A DNA stretch of 64,000 bases, taken from positions 1 through 64,000 of the IMG/VR virus record IMGVR_UViG_3300028423_001099; one strand, given 5' to 3'. The stretch is from a virus. Position 1 is the first letter of the stretch. The number at the start of each line of letters is the position of its first letter. Below are positions 50,001-59,375 of this stretch, piece after piece. Both the position numbers and the translations under genes were made by a program. The notes beneath the pieces are model-generated. The model ran no database searches, was not told the DNA's origin, and saw only the letters and a program-made list of their open reading frames with translations.

Positions 50001-50127
50001 TGTACACCTGGCGACTGTCTGTGGTAAAGCCAACTTCGCCTACCCTCAGAGGTTGTGGTAAATCTTGCTTGAGACCTCTGCGATTTTGAATTCTTGCTAC
50101 AATTGTTCTGTTATTGTCATCTGCCAC
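47077..50127 (-). CDS. large virion tail/baseplate-associated protein
   Basis: N-terminal IQNRRG..LP.PL..GEVGFTTD (Mtd_N/hyaluronidase-like anchor), beta/S-T-N-rich body, late promoter. Confidence 0.7.
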   Translation of the reverse strand: MADDNNRTIVARIQNRRGLKQDLPQPLRVGEVGFTTDSRQVYIGADSQHPNSSQYSAISYFENTLNARAHTESIVDNQLIAFTVPFIKFSPGEFNNLKKNKSWQPDASRSIINSAQSPRCRYTSSTQPVFGVNATASIKATVEDDSASARSSFNITGAPSDLSRILGKDTAGGNTLVHGDFVRQADGSALPGLEGPVRIDNSQRIDNNTYRVTLAGGKGTVIDSGTELEFFRYPTTNLFSSYTGPDETQREFVNGDVVVKKNGTQLVPDDNSVKDLPGPTADFVFDASNVSTSGSHVLTLRTAPSAQDTVTLNYYSNTAVLGALEGVPITGKDPNKKYVSRTVPKESFYSEYDIEDFLRVDPESLRISDTSGLGYIAFNQHQISVLAKSTADVSNVALGNLLVHRSDSVLDTTNTEIENSLPESTPSTVEIDFSSGSSVEFNNNLAVFSVPGANISGPQDRYRYDHLRISTSNDHYIEQAVAYYPVSSVPATGTVEVEVPDIENAVFVRNAEANLDTNSNVLTVTGDVRGVQPNDTVTVFTHDSNISGDVVNVSSNVFTLSNVSALSNTTVTFVNHATGDSSNTFQVLIPNHSLDKNGVDAVVVFSENFGENSNTNFIVRDTDTIVVEDSVTNLANVSNTQETGKVRPVLQDNAEGVTVDPILSIDLSSATTLQEASDIVSEDRNISIPAAGISTLDANSVGTVSIFPEMFVMPNNDNRVVVTQRSGYSSVDIGGVEFELFEDSQGTLSNLKLEPRAYDRDDTVRAKLEKWLNSMLIDRRVNLFEQVLLGGNAYTNNSNLVSNLGNYQLEIDDTFGEILFCTREECNNFNYLVNNIYSDSAFDRRQDALGGARGLVNYKNNIEILTADAASSGQKTLSYLSMETATILRGDIATVDSTVFGLETELYNNFVVEYSINEVSGTGSDKYSRTGTMLISARPDVGTSNAVVITDTYSSYVDSEANIAVEPKFSASMSGTTVNVKLEGQPEPNGGISDIAHNLNSTLTLRYVLRRWAGTS

Positions 50128-50157
50128 TGTTATATCTCCGCTAGGCGCATATAACAG

Positions 50158-50165
50158 TATTTATC
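50158..50165 (-). promoter_or_regulatory. late promoter GATAAATA
   Basis: Upstream of tail gene. Confidence 0.65.
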
Positions 50166-50168
50166 ACT

Positions 50169-50564
50169 TTAGTGTTTCTTCTTGTGATAGCTGCCGTAGA
50201 TACAGTGTAGCATTTCGTGCCCTAGTGTGAGAGTATAAGAATCATCTACTCTCGTTGGACGTACAATGTGTATTTCACAGGTATATGACTCGTTGTTGGG
50301 CTTGCCGCTGGGGAATTCATACCATACAGCAAAACCCTGAAGGCCTGTTAGATCATGTGAAATAGATAGATCGTGGACATCTCTATAGGCGTTGTGCATG
50401 TCTCTGAGACGATCATGAACATTGACACGGGTTTCTACCACTGTGCCACTGCGATCAAAAGTGGGTTCTACCCTCTCGCCGTTTTCACAGCTATTGAGCA
50501 AAAGTGCTGTGGCTACTATTACTAGAGCAAAAAGCACTCCGCCGAAGCGTTCAATTATTTTCAT
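50169..50564 (-). CDS. putative lipoprotein with HEXXH motif
   Basis: Signal peptide with LLNSC lipobox-like end; LGHEMLHC. Confidence 0.65.
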   Translation of the reverse strand: MKIIERFGGVLFALVIVATALLLNSCENGERVEPTFDRSGTVVETRVNVHDRLRDMHNAYRDVHDLSISHDLTGLQGFAVWYEFPSGKPNNESYTCEIHIVRPTRVDDSYTLTLGHEMLHCIYGSYHKKKH

Positions 50565-50592
50565 GTGAGTTCTCCGCTAAACAGTTTCACAG

Positions 50593-51270
50593 CTATTTAG
50601 CATGTTTGCGGTAATACTCAGCAACTCGCTCAGACCATAGCTCACAGTATCGAGGAAACTCTTCGTGATCCACCACAAAGTCCTGGTAGTTGCCGTCGCG
50701 GTCAACCATGAGAATAGCAATCTGTGCTATCTCTGTGCCAAACATCTCGTTGTGTGCCAGAGCATAGGCAGCACCTTGCATAAAATAATCCTCAATCCAC
50801 TCACGCTTCTTGATCTTTCGTGCTGTCTTGAAGTCAATGATGCTGTCAACACCACGGTAAACGCCTACACCGTCTGCGGTTCCTGCATAGAGACCATCTG
50901 CAATAAGCCCAACTTCTGTGCCCCAAAGCTCGTCTACTTTGGTCAAGCCCTGGTCGACCATCTCAGAGACCATTTTCTTTGCCATAGTGCTTATCAAATT
51001 GGTGCCTGTGATTTCCCAGTCCTCACCCAAGATATATTTTTCCAAACTGTTGTGAACTTTGGTGCCCAGATTAGCACTCTCTGTGCTGATACGCTGTGCT
51101 TCGGCTTCTCCTACACGCTTCCGCCAGGCATCTAAACCGCTTTTATCACCGGTCTTGCTGAGTATGGTGGTAACACTGGGCACAGGATCGTGCTGATCGT
51201 CACAGTACTGTCTGCCAGCATTTGTTTGTATTCTGCGAAGTTCGGGGTATTGATATTTTTCGATTAACAT
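50593..51270 (-). CDS. PD-(D/E)XK exonuclease
   Basis: PSVTTIL, GTKVH, AGTADG, IIDFKT, Q..AY. Confidence 0.9.
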   Translation of the reverse strand: MLIEKYQYPELRRIQTNAGRQYCDDQHDPVPSVTTILSKTGDKSGLDAWRKRVGEAEAQRISTESANLGTKVHNSLEKYILGEDWEITGTNLISTMAKKMVSEMVDQGLTKVDELWGTEVGLIADGLYAGTADGVGVYRGVDSIIDFKTARKIKKREWIEDYFMQGAAYALAHNEMFGTEIAQIAILMVDRDGNYQDFVVDHEEFPRYCELWSERVAEYYRKHAK

Positions 51271-51278
51271 AGCTTACT

Positions 51279-51307
51279 ATGCTAGCACGCATCAAGTGTG
51301 CTGTCAA
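51279..51307 (-). promoter_or_regulatory. sigma70-like promoter
   Basis: TTGACA-N17-TAGCAT with TG. Confidence 0.55.
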
Positions 51308-51310
51308 TGA

Positions 51311-51631
51311 TTACCAGCTGATGTTCCAGGCCAAAGTCATTGGATTTGAAGGGTTTTCTGTGATGCTAACGCCATAACCTAGGTCAGTGAAGTACTTGCT
51401 CACGTAGTCTAGTTGGTCTACCAGTGTGCGATTATCAGTGATACCCATATAGGCCTTGTAGTACACATTGCTGTCGGTAACAGGCGTACCTGAGGTTATA
51501 TTGGCATATAACACACCAGCATCAATGTTGGCCAGCACAGCAGTCTCAATGCTACGCACTTCACTGTGTATCACGCTATTGTTGCGTGTGTCTTGCCTTG
51601 CGGTGTGTGCGTTTGTAAAAATTGTTGCCAT
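51311..51631 (-). CDS. putative virion protein
   Basis: ORF in late cluster; F..LGY...WNISW end. Confidence 0.6.
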   Translation of the reverse strand: MATIFTNAHTARQDTRNNSVIHSEVRSIETAVLANIDAGVLYANITSGTPVTDSNVYYKAYMGITDNRTLVDQLDYVSKYFTDLGYGVSITENPSNPMTLAWNISW

Positions 51632-51973
51632 TTATAACTCGTCAGATATATCACTGCTTGCTTGATCTTGTGCCATGCTGGAGACGTCTACTTCGTCGCC
51701 GGTGTTGGTTGTTGACAGCGACATGTCATCTGGCAACTCGTCGCCAGGAACAATTGTTTCACGATCAACACTGCTGGCATATCCGCTTTGGTCCACTGCT
51801 TGTATCAGTTCTTGGATGGTTGTTACATATCCTTCTTGTGCAAGCAACTGTTGAAATTTTTCTGTCTGGATATTGTCGATGTCTTTGGCAATTAGCACAG
51901 AAAGCAGGTTACGAACCACTTCCACGAGTTCGTTCACATAGCTTTCTGTGATGACAATATCACGTATCAGCAT
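51632..51973 (-). CDS. putative head-associated protein
   Basis: MLIRDIVITE leader. Confidence 0.55.
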   Translation of the reverse strand: MLIRDIVITESYVNELVEVVRNLLSVLIAKDIDNIQTEKFQQLLAQEGYVTTIQELIQAVDQSGYASSVDRETIVPGDELPDDMSLSTTNTGDEVDVSSMAQDQASSDISDEL

Positions 51974-53565
51974 TATACTGCAGATCTGCCCAGTGGTTCT
52001 TCTTCGCCTGCAGGCTCATCGAGATCATCTAGATCTAAATCCAAGTCGTCTGCGGGCTCTTCTGTGTCCATGCTGTCAAAATCCATGTCGGGCATGTCGT
52101 CGTTGCCTGCTAGACCCAATGACTCCTCCTCTCCTGTGAGTGTGCCGATGGCCTCATCCATGCCATCCTTGGCTTCACGTGCATGTTCGAGTTGTGTATT
52201 CACCAGTTCACTCACACGATCATAGAATTGACGAGCAGTATCTGCGCCCATTTCTGCCTTGATTTGATCTGCAATTGGTGGCAAATCTTCGTTGACCATG
52301 CGTCCTAGACGCTCAATTTGATCCTGAAGGTCGCTGGACAGAGCTCTCACTGCCATCACAACTTCTGCTTGCTCTACATCAACGTCTTCTGCAATCATCA
52401 TGTCGTCTAGACTCAGATAGTTTTCTTGCATGCTTGATTCCTTTAATCCTAGATCTCCTAGTACCTCGTCTACCAAGATGCTGACATCACTGCTACCCAG
52501 CTCGTCTATGCCGCCTTCTGCATGTCTTTCTGCCGCATCAAACACTGCTCGTTGAACTTCTGACGTAGGCACTGATTTAATCTCGTCTTGGTGGCTAACT
52601 CGCAGTCTGTAAAAAATTGCACTGGCAACAGCTTCTACGTCATCTTGGTAATCATTGTGATCCTTATCGTAGAAAAACCATTCGTTAACGCTACCCTTGA
52701 TGGCCCTCTTATTCTCTTTGACAGCGGATTCTTTGATGCTTTTGACTTCTTGCTTGTCAGCGCCTGTGACTGGATATGTTTCTCCGTTAATTTCGAATTC
52801 TTTTTTGCCCTTCTTAATAGCATCACGGCGAGCAGCAATAAATGCATTGGTCTCTGAGATCTTGCGACCAAACATTTTCACACCTTCGATCATGCTATCT
52901 TCATCAAGTTCATTGAGGAAGTTCACCACTGCATCACGCGGCTTGCCACTGACCTTGGAAAACATGTTGAGCTGGCGCTCAATGTTGTCGATGGCACTGA
53001 CACCGCTTTGCATTTTGATGCCACATTCTTTGGCAATACAACGTGTGACCTGTGCACTGGGCTTGGCAACACTTTGACCAGAAATTTCATCTAATTGCTG
53101 TTCTGCACTGCCACCATACTCTTTGACATAGTCTTTTGCGGCAGTGAGCACAATAGGCAACACAAATTCATCATCATAGGCATAACGGTTATCTCTGCGA
53201 TAGCGGTTCATGCACTCTGATGCTGCTTCATCAGCAGTGTAACCCGAATCCATTAGCTCTCTGACTGTTTCCTGCACATGGTTGCACATGCCTTCGTAGG
53301 CCGGGGATTGTGCATACATCTCACCTTCTAGGACGGTGTCGGCAATGTCTCTGATGCCCAGGAACTTGGCATAGTCGGGATCTAGATGAAATTTCTTGCT
53401 GCTGTTGCGCATGGTGATCAATGCCTGCTCTGCTGATTCACGCAGTTTTATCAACTGTGATTTGCTACTGCCTGGTTTCACAGTGATGCCAAACTGCTCA
53501 GATAGCATTTTGTTGATCTTGTTTATGCGTTTGAGTGGCGTTTGGTTGAATTCGTTCAGTTGCAT
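51973..53565 (-). CDS. putative prohead core/scaffold-like protein
   Basis: MQLNEF leader, helical, acidic C-terminus ending EPLGR; late promoter 53599-53606. Confidence 0.55.
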   Translation of the reverse strand: MQLNEFNQTPLKRINKINKMLSEQFGITVKPGSSKSQLIKLRESAEQALITMRNSSKKFHLDPDYAKFLGIRDIADTVLEGEMYAQSPAYEGMCNHVQETVRELMDSGYTADEAASECMNRYRRDNRYAYDDEFVLPIVLTAAKDYVKEYGGSAEQQLDEISGQSVAKPSAQVTRCIAKECGIKMQSGVSAIDNIERQLNMFSKVSGKPRDAVVNFLNELDEDSMIEGVKMFGRKISETNAFIAARRDAIKKGKKEFEINGETYPVTGADKQEVKSIKESAVKENKRAIKGSVNEWFFYDKDHNDYQDDVEAVASAIFYRLRVSHQDEIKSVPTSEVQRAVFDAAERHAEGGIDELGSSDVSILVDEVLGDLGLKESSMQENYLSLDDMMIAEDVDVEQAEVVMAVRALSSDLQDQIERLGRMVNEDLPPIADQIKAEMGADTARQFYDRVSELVNTQLEHAREAKDGMDEAIGTLTGEEESLGLAGNDDMPDMDFDSMDTEEPADDLDLDLDDLDEPAGEEEPLGRSAV

Positions 53566-53631
53566 GGTTATATTCCCAGTGAATTTGCTTATTACACTTA
53601 TTTATCTATCTCAGTGAAAACACACACAGGA

Positions 53632-54054
53632 TCACACAGGCAATTTGAGGCTCAATAGAAGCTGTTCCATCTGCTGACGTGCATGCATTAGACGCATACG
53701 AGCTACACTGGCTCTGCTGTTGTCTTTGCTGTTGTAGGCAATATGACTGTACACAGTGGTGTCATTGTAGAGCTTGGTATACTGCTCAAGCACCTGCTGT
53801 GCCTTGGAAAAATAATATACTGTGCGATTTTTGGTGTTGCAATGCTCACAAACCATATCTGCTAGATGCTTGGTGGGTATTTGTGATAGCACAGGCTGCC
53901 TGCTATTATAGTCAACGAGATCATATCCGCAGTGTGCATTCTGTGCAATCACATACACAGGTCTGTTTTTCACAGTGTCCACAATGCCTTTGAGACTCTG
54001 TGTTACCTGTTTGCTATCAAAGTTTTTGTTTGTTGGGGTAGATTTTGTATCCAA
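53632..54054 (-). CDS. hypothetical protein
   Basis: ORF. Confidence 0.55.
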   Translation of the reverse strand: MDTKSTPTNKNFDSKQVTQSLKGIVDTVKNRPVYVIAQNAHCGYDLVDYNSRQPVLSQIPTKHLADMVCEHCNTKNRTVYYFSKAQQVLEQYTKLYNDTTVYSHIAYNSKDNSRASVARMRLMHARQQMEQLLLSLKLPV

Positions 54055-54238
54055 TGCCTTTGCCTTTGTGTGTTTTGAAAAATATGTTTTTCTTGTAGAG
54101 TTCGTCAGCTATGTAATTTTCCCGTTCTGAGAGTTTGTCACACAGTAACTTGCCTTCCATCTCGGCACGACCATACAGAGCCGACTCGTCGCGACTTAGC
54201 AGACACAATACACCATTTTTGGCTGTTACTGCTCTCAC
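54017..54238 (-). CDS. hypothetical protein
   Basis: ORF; LSERE..IA..L..K motif. Confidence 0.55.
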   Translation of the reverse strand: MRAVTAKNGVLCLLSRDESALYGRAEMEGKLLCDKLSERENYIADELYKKNIFFKTHKGKGIGYKIYPNKQKL

Positions 54239-54243
54239 AATAA

Positions 54244-54489
54244 TTATTTCTCAGGGATATCAGACAGTGGACTTTTTTCGCCGTCGGTTTTGCTGGCTTT
54301 TACACTGGTGTATTCATCAAAGCCCGGTACCAGTTCGAGGTCGAGACTCTGTGCCATTCGTAGAAGATTATTTTTGATACGCTCCGGTGAGTCCGGACCG
54401 TGCTCTTCAGAATTCAGATATTGATCGCTGTCTGCACTGGATACGTTGACTTGTGCCTTGCTCTCTGTGAAAAGTTCATGTAATCTCAT
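54244..54489 (-). CDS. small putative head protein (MRLHELFTE leader)
   Basis: Start reassigned to ATG 54489. Confidence 0.55.
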   Translation of the reverse strand: MRLHELFTESKAQVNVSSADSDQYLNSEEHGPDSPERIKNNLLRMAQSLDLELVPGFDEYTSVKASKTDGEKSPLSDIPEK

Positions 54490-54496
54490 AATGACA

Positions 54497-55309
54497 TTAC
54501 CACTTCTTGCAACTCCAGTATCCTGCAGTTGTCTTGTCTTTTTTCTGATCACAGTTGTGTCTGGCACGAAAACTCTTGCGTGCTTCAGGATCGTCGCGTT
54601 TGATTTCCATGTCTGGGTCACCAAAGTTCACTTTTTTCACTTTGATTTTGCCATCTTTGGTTTTTTTGCCTGAGTTCACATAAACATGAAACTTTTTGGG
54701 ACCGTTGCTGCTGCGAATAGGCTTGTTGAGATCAACATCACGGCCTTGATATTCAGCTTCTGTGAGTTGATTGGATATCTCAATCCAGCCATACTTCTCA
54801 AAAAACTCATTGCCGTGTAAGGTTTCTTCAATGTTAGATCTGCGAGCATCTGTGGTGCTATCACGTTTGGGCACAATGGGCTCGCCATCAGCACCCATCA
54901 CAGGACCATAGCCTGCAAGAAGGCGTCCTTTGTGATTATGTATACGCTTTTTCAACTGCTTCATGGCTTCACGGTCTCCCGCTTCTTTGGCATCTTCATA
55001 GTAAGAGACCAGTGTCTGCATTTGCGTATCGTTATTTAATAGCTGCTTGGTGTTGTGGTCTAGACCAGCAATGCCTCCAAGCATGCCCATGGCTGCCAGT
55101 GCACCTATTACCCACTCTCTGCTGCCTTCATCAAGTTCAACCTCAGAGGGCACATCAGTGTTTTCACGAGCTTTTTTGCGTTTGTTTTTGCGTGTTTTTC
55201 TACTGATTGTGCTGCCCATGGGCTGTGCTACGCTTGCAACACCACCTGCGCTGGTGGTTTCCGCTATGGGCATCTGCATGTCTTGACCGATAATATCACT
55301 TAGTTTCAT
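54497..55309 (-). CDS. modular putative head protein with C-terminal EAEYQG...RARHNC...YWSC module
   Basis: MKLSDII leader after GATAAATA 55339-55346; basic Cys-pair module. Confidence 0.65.
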   Translation of the reverse strand: MKLSDIIGQDMQMPIAETTSAGGVASVAQPMGSTISRKTRKNKRKKARENTDVPSEVELDEGSREWVIGALAAMGMLGGIAGLDHNTKQLLNNDTQMQTLVSYYEDAKEAGDREAMKQLKKRIHNHKGRLLAGYGPVMGADGEPIVPKRDSTTDARRSNIEETLHGNEFFEKYGWIEISNQLTEAEYQGRDVDLNKPIRSSNGPKKFHVYVNSGKKTKDGKIKVKKVNFGDPDMEIKRDDPEARKSFRARHNCDQKKDKTTAGYWSCKKW

Positions 55310-55337
55310 AACAGTTTCCAACTTTTTGCTGTTACTG

Positions 55338-56243
55338 TTATTTATCTGATTCTGTGTCCCCACTTAGTGCCCGATAAATGTCGGCATCAACCATGTCCAT
55401 CACCGTTTGCCAGTGTTCTCTGGCGTTTTCCAGCAGTGTTTTTGCCCATCTAGCACGAGTCAGAGGATCTTGCTGCTGGAGTTCCTCCAAAGAGTGAATG
55501 GTTCTTTCCCATTCTCCTGCATACAGGTAACCTGCATAACGTGGGCTAACCGTTTCGACTCCTTGCTGTCTCAAGAAGTCTTGCTGTGATTCTGTGGTAA
55601 AACCCTTTTCTATGATGTCTTCGATTCGGCCTGCTGCAGCTAGTGCTTCTGCTCGCTGATCTCTTGAGTACGAATGCAGTCTATGGCCACGACTGTCTAG
55701 ATCTTTGGAGAGTTTTCTCAGATTGCTGAAGATTTCATCAACCATCTGTTCCAGCTGTGGCTTCAAATGTGGCAAATATGTTTTGTTCATGTAGTTCAAA
55801 ATGTCGCACATTCCGCCACTAAGCTGATCAGTTGCAGTTCTGTGTCTTTCCAGTTTAGCAGGAGTGGGCTTTTCTTCTCTGTGTCTGGAGTGAAAAACTC
55901 CCCCGTGATTTAGCATGTACATGGGTCCACGCTTGGTCATACCCGAGGTAGCTTCAGCAATGCTGTCGGTGTAGGTATACCTGAACTCACCGTCATGTGT
56001 ATAGCGGATTCCAGTAAACCTATATTCTCGGCGAGATTTATGACCAGCCAAGAAAGCAATCACTTCGCCCGATGGAAGTACGTTGATCAGCATGTCTCCG
56101 GCATATACATCTGTACTGAGTGGCTTGCCGTCAACCGGTTTGAGTTTGGCGTTGTGTTTTACACGAAACTCGCGAACCAGCTTTTCAGCAAAGTCTGTGG
56201 GAATGCCGTTTTTAGCAAAGTTTTTCACACTCATATATATCAC
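55338..56243 (-). CDS. hypothetical protein (early-promoter driven)
   Basis: ORF preceded by sigma70-like promoter. Confidence 0.6.
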   Translation of the reverse strand: MIYMSVKNFAKNGIPTDFAEKLVREFRVKHNAKLKPVDGKPLSTDVYAGDMLINVLPSGEVIAFLAGHKSRREYRFTGIRYTHDGEFRYTYTDSIAEATSGMTKRGPMYMLNHGGVFHSRHREEKPTPAKLERHRTATDQLSGGMCDILNYMNKTYLPHLKPQLEQMVDEIFSNLRKLSKDLDSRGHRLHSYSRDQRAEALAAAGRIEDIIEKGFTTESQQDFLRQQGVETVSPRYAGYLYAGEWERTIHSLEELQQQDPLTRARWAKTLLENAREHWQTVMDMVDADIYRALSGDTESDK

Positions 56244-56291
56244 CTAAGTCAGCCATAACGTGTGTTCTAGAACTTTTTGTTCTACACTGTT

Positions 56292-56319
56292 ATTATACGG
56301 TAAACTAGTGATATGTCAA
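56292..56319 (-). promoter_or_regulatory. sigma70-like early promoter
   Basis: TTGACA-N16-TATAAT. Confidence 0.7.
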
Positions 56320-56352
56320 CACAAAAGCTGATGTGCTATAACCTATTGAATC

Positions 56353-57165
56353 TTATGATTTTTTCTTGCGACCTGATTTCATGTTGGCACACCAGTGAGC
56401 CATCTTCTGCTTCTCACCGGAACTGTTTTTGGCCATCTTTCTGAGATCAGTGATACTTTTGCTGCAGTCTACGCCTGCTCGTTTGGCTCTTCCTGGACGG
56501 CTTTTGCCTTTCTTTTTGCCATCTGCAAAGTTTTCTGCAACATCATCTTCGTTGGTGATCAGGTCTTTGCGAAATCCAAGCTCTTCTGGCATTTTGCCGT
56601 CTTTGATATGCCGATGCAGTTCTTGTTCCAGTCGGCGATAATCTATATCAGCCAACAAACTCAGCTGCCACAGCGTGCGCTGTAGTACATGGCTCCGTGA
56701 TTTGTTCTGAAACTGAGGATTTTTGCTGTTCCTGCGATAGAGTTTTACAAAATACTCCAACACGCGGTCAACTTTGCTTTCGTTGACCTGCTGTTCAGCA
56801 AACTCATCACTGGTTTTATGGTCATATTCTGCACACAGATCTAACACACTTGCATCAAGCACTTTGATCACGTCTACTGAGTTATAGCCCAGTTGCTGAT
56901 ATGCATCATATCTGTGATGACCATTGATGATGCGGTTATCCCGATCGATCACTATGGGCTTGACACCATCACTCTGTATGCGCTCTACAGTTTCTGCTGT
57001 GAGACCCGATACTCGCTCGCTCTGTGAAGGTACTAGTCTGCTCAGTGGCATGATGAGCTCTTTGGTGCGATGAGATTTTTCTAGATCCTGCGCATTTACC
57101 TGAGGCATTTTATCTCTGGGTATCTCTAGGGGCGTTACCGTCTTTGCAATCTCACTGAATCTCAT
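56353..57165 (-). CDS. ParB/sulfiredoxin-like N-terminal domain protein with basic C-terminal module
   Basis: PIVIDRDNRIINGHHRYDA; ENFADGK...C...HWCANMKSGR. Confidence 0.7.
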   Translation of the reverse strand: MRFSEIAKTVTPLEIPRDKMPQVNAQDLEKSHRTKELIMPLSRLVPSQSERVSGLTAETVERIQSDGVKPIVIDRDNRIINGHHRYDAYQQLGYNSVDVIKVLDASVLDLCAEYDHKTSDEFAEQQVNESKVDRVLEYFVKLYRRNSKNPQFQNKSRSHVLQRTLWQLSLLADIDYRRLEQELHRHIKDGKMPEELGFRKDLITNEDDVAENFADGKKKGKSRPGRAKRAGVDCSKSITDLRKMAKNSSGEKQKMAHWCANMKSGRKKKS

Positions 57166-59093
57166 TTTGAATACTTTTTCAGATAGTAGTTGACTGATTC
57201 TAGAACACGACCTACACGACCAGGTAACTGGTCTTGATCCTGCCATACATCACGACTGTCTTGTTGCGGCCACATATAGATATACTTGCCCATGTACTCA
57301 CCATCAACGCTGTCTTGTATCAGCATCCACCGCACACCACCAACATCATAAAGCTGATACTCTGCGGTATAACCCGGCATGACTCCCTCAAAATCAATGG
57401 TGCTGAGATCAGTAACAGGTACCCCGTTTTTCTTTACCCACCCAGCCACGCTGTTGACTTCAAGATGACTATTAGGACCCATGCCGCCTAAATCACCAAT
57501 CATGTAGATATCTTCAGTGGGGGTACGGGTGAATGAGCCAAACAGTTTTTTGCCCACGTGTCGTATCACACGAGACATATTGCCAGGCAAACTAGCTATT
57601 TGGTGAAATTTAGGACTCTGTACCCCATCGGTGGTTAGCTCTTTAGAGATCACCGCAGGAAGCGTGTCTGAGGTTATTTCAACTGGCTCATAACCCACGT
57701 CATCTGTGTCATCCAGTTCAATATCCTGCAATCTGCTCATAGCGCCTACCATAGTATCTGTGGGTCTGATATTGGTGGTGGCACGAGCGGTGTCTGCTGC
57801 AGTGGCCTTTTTCACAGAGACCTTTTGTGTGGAAGCCCGATTATTAGAGGTGGCAGCAGGCATGGTATCTGTTTTAGGATTTAACAAATCGTCAAGATTG
57901 TTTGTATTATTTTTTGTTTGAGTTTTTGTTTTTGTTTGTGTTTTTGTGTTTTCAGTGAATTTTTGTTTTATAGATGGATGCAGTTTTTCCATGTACTGCT
58001 TGACCACAGAGCGTAAATCTACACAGTCGCCGCCCTCGGCACGCATAAGACGAAACTGTAACAACATTTCTGGATCTGGCACTGCTATATATGCTTCCAT
58101 TTGAGAGCGTATGTCACTGGTGAGCAGCGGCTGACTCATTATCTGACGCAATTTGTACTCTGTGTCGTTGTCAGGCACAGCCTCATCAACTTGTGCACTC
58201 TCTGTGATCAGTGAACGCCAGTGGCGTTCGCCTACCTTTGAAAGTTTCTGCCAGTTTGCCTGGCTGGTATACCAGCTGCCATTGCGGGCTAATTTAAAGC
58301 CCAGCTTCCTTAGATCAGCGTCCTTCCAGCTACCACGCAGTTCGCCGGGCTTGAGAAAATAAGGTTTGGTGTTCTCTGAAGTTTTCTTCTTGCGTTTCTT
58401 TTTCTTTTTGTCCGGAGAACCATATGCTGTCAACAGTGCAGCCATGTCTTGCTCTGCTTCTATGGTCTCTGAGGTTTTTTTCTTCTTCTTTTTGCCTGCA
58501 CAATGCGCTCGTTGGCTAAAGCCTTTGGGATTTGAACAGTTGATAGAGTCTTTGTATTTTTTACTCCATGCTTCGTTGATCACATCGCTGTTCAATTCAG
58601 CCATAACTTGTAACTGTTCACCTAAACTGAGACGATCAAAACGATCAAACACACTCTCTTCTACTTGAGGTATAGCAACCTTGCTTTGTGGATCAAGTGC
58701 ATAGATTTTTTCAGTGCGCTCGTCCTGTACTATCACTGAATCTTCTGCGTCATTAGGTAGATCAGGATCAAGCTCATTGGCAGGGCTAATCACACGCACA
58801 CTATTTCCTTGCTCGCTGGGAAACACAGCATCTTTTTCCAGTTGATTGGCCTGCATTATCTGTGCTTCTGGCTCGTCTGATTCTTGATCGGTGCCTTGTG
58901 TGTTAGGGCTCGGCGATGGAGCACTACTAGGAGCGTTGCTGGGAGCAGTGCTTGGACTAGCACTGGGTTTTTGTGTGGTAGACCGGCTTTGAGCACTTGC
59001 ACCAGTTTGTTGCTGTGACACAGGCGTAGACTCACCGGAGGTCATGCCATACTCAAAAATGTCTTTTTGTCTGTTAAACTCTGACAGTTTCAT
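57162..59093 (-). CDS. large modular putative internal head protein
   Basis: MKLSEF leader; S/P/T-rich linkers; WSKKYK.SINC.NPKGFSQRAHC module. Confidence 0.6.
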   Translation of the reverse strand: MKLSEFNRQKDIFEYGMTSGESTPVSQQQTGASAQSRSTTQKPSASPSTAPSNAPSSAPSPSPNTQGTDQESDEPEAQIMQANQLEKDAVFPSEQGNSVRVISPANELDPDLPNDAEDSVIVQDERTEKIYALDPQSKVAIPQVEESVFDRFDRLSLGEQLQVMAELNSDVINEAWSKKYKDSINCSNPKGFSQRAHCAGKKKKKKTSETIEAEQDMAALLTAYGSPDKKKKKRKKKTSENTKPYFLKPGELRGSWKDADLRKLGFKLARNGSWYTSQANWQKLSKVGERHWRSLITESAQVDEAVPDNDTEYKLRQIMSQPLLTSDIRSQMEAYIAVPDPEMLLQFRLMRAEGGDCVDLRSVVKQYMEKLHPSIKQKFTENTKTQTKTKTQTKNNTNNLDDLLNPKTDTMPAATSNNRASTQKVSVKKATAADTARATTNIRPTDTMVGAMSRLQDIELDDTDDVGYEPVEITSDTLPAVISKELTTDGVQSPKFHQIASLPGNMSRVIRHVGKKLFGSFTRTPTEDIYMIGDLGGMGPNSHLEVNSVAGWVKKNGVPVTDLSTIDFEGVMPGYTAEYQLYDVGGVRWMLIQDSVDGEYMGKYIYMWPQQDSRDVWQDQDQLPGRVGRVLESVNYYLKKYSK

Positions 59094-59096
59094 GGA

Positions 59097-59375
59097 TCAC
59101 CTATTCAGTGTTTTTAATCTACGACTAGCAGGATTCATGCGCTTGGTCCTGCGTGCCTTGCGTGCCATTCTTTTGCCAAACTTGGCCTTTGACTTCTTCA
59201 ATGTGAGACGTTTTTTGATGTCGATGGGCGCACTGCATTGCGAAGCTTTGCTAACAACTCTGCCCTTGCGTCTGCCACTGGTACATCGCACTGCACGTTT
59301 GATCTTGTTGCCACTGCGACGCCACACCATTTTGGCTTCAACCAGCAAGCCTTCTGTGAGCTCTGCTACCTTCAT
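59097..59375 (-). CDS. small highly basic protein
   Basis: MKVAEL leader; RCTSG.RKGRVV....QC..P. Confidence 0.65.
   Translation of the reverse strand: MKVAELTEGLLVEAKMVWRRSGNKIKRAVRCTSGRRKGRVVSKASQCSAPIDIKKRLTLKKSKAKFGKRMARKARRTKRMNPASRRLKTLNR

Noticed and set aside
57905-57952. Short TKTQTK-encoding 6-bp repeats and nearby poly-Lys tracts
   Set aside because: Low-complexity in-frame linker sequence with no evidence of frame switching
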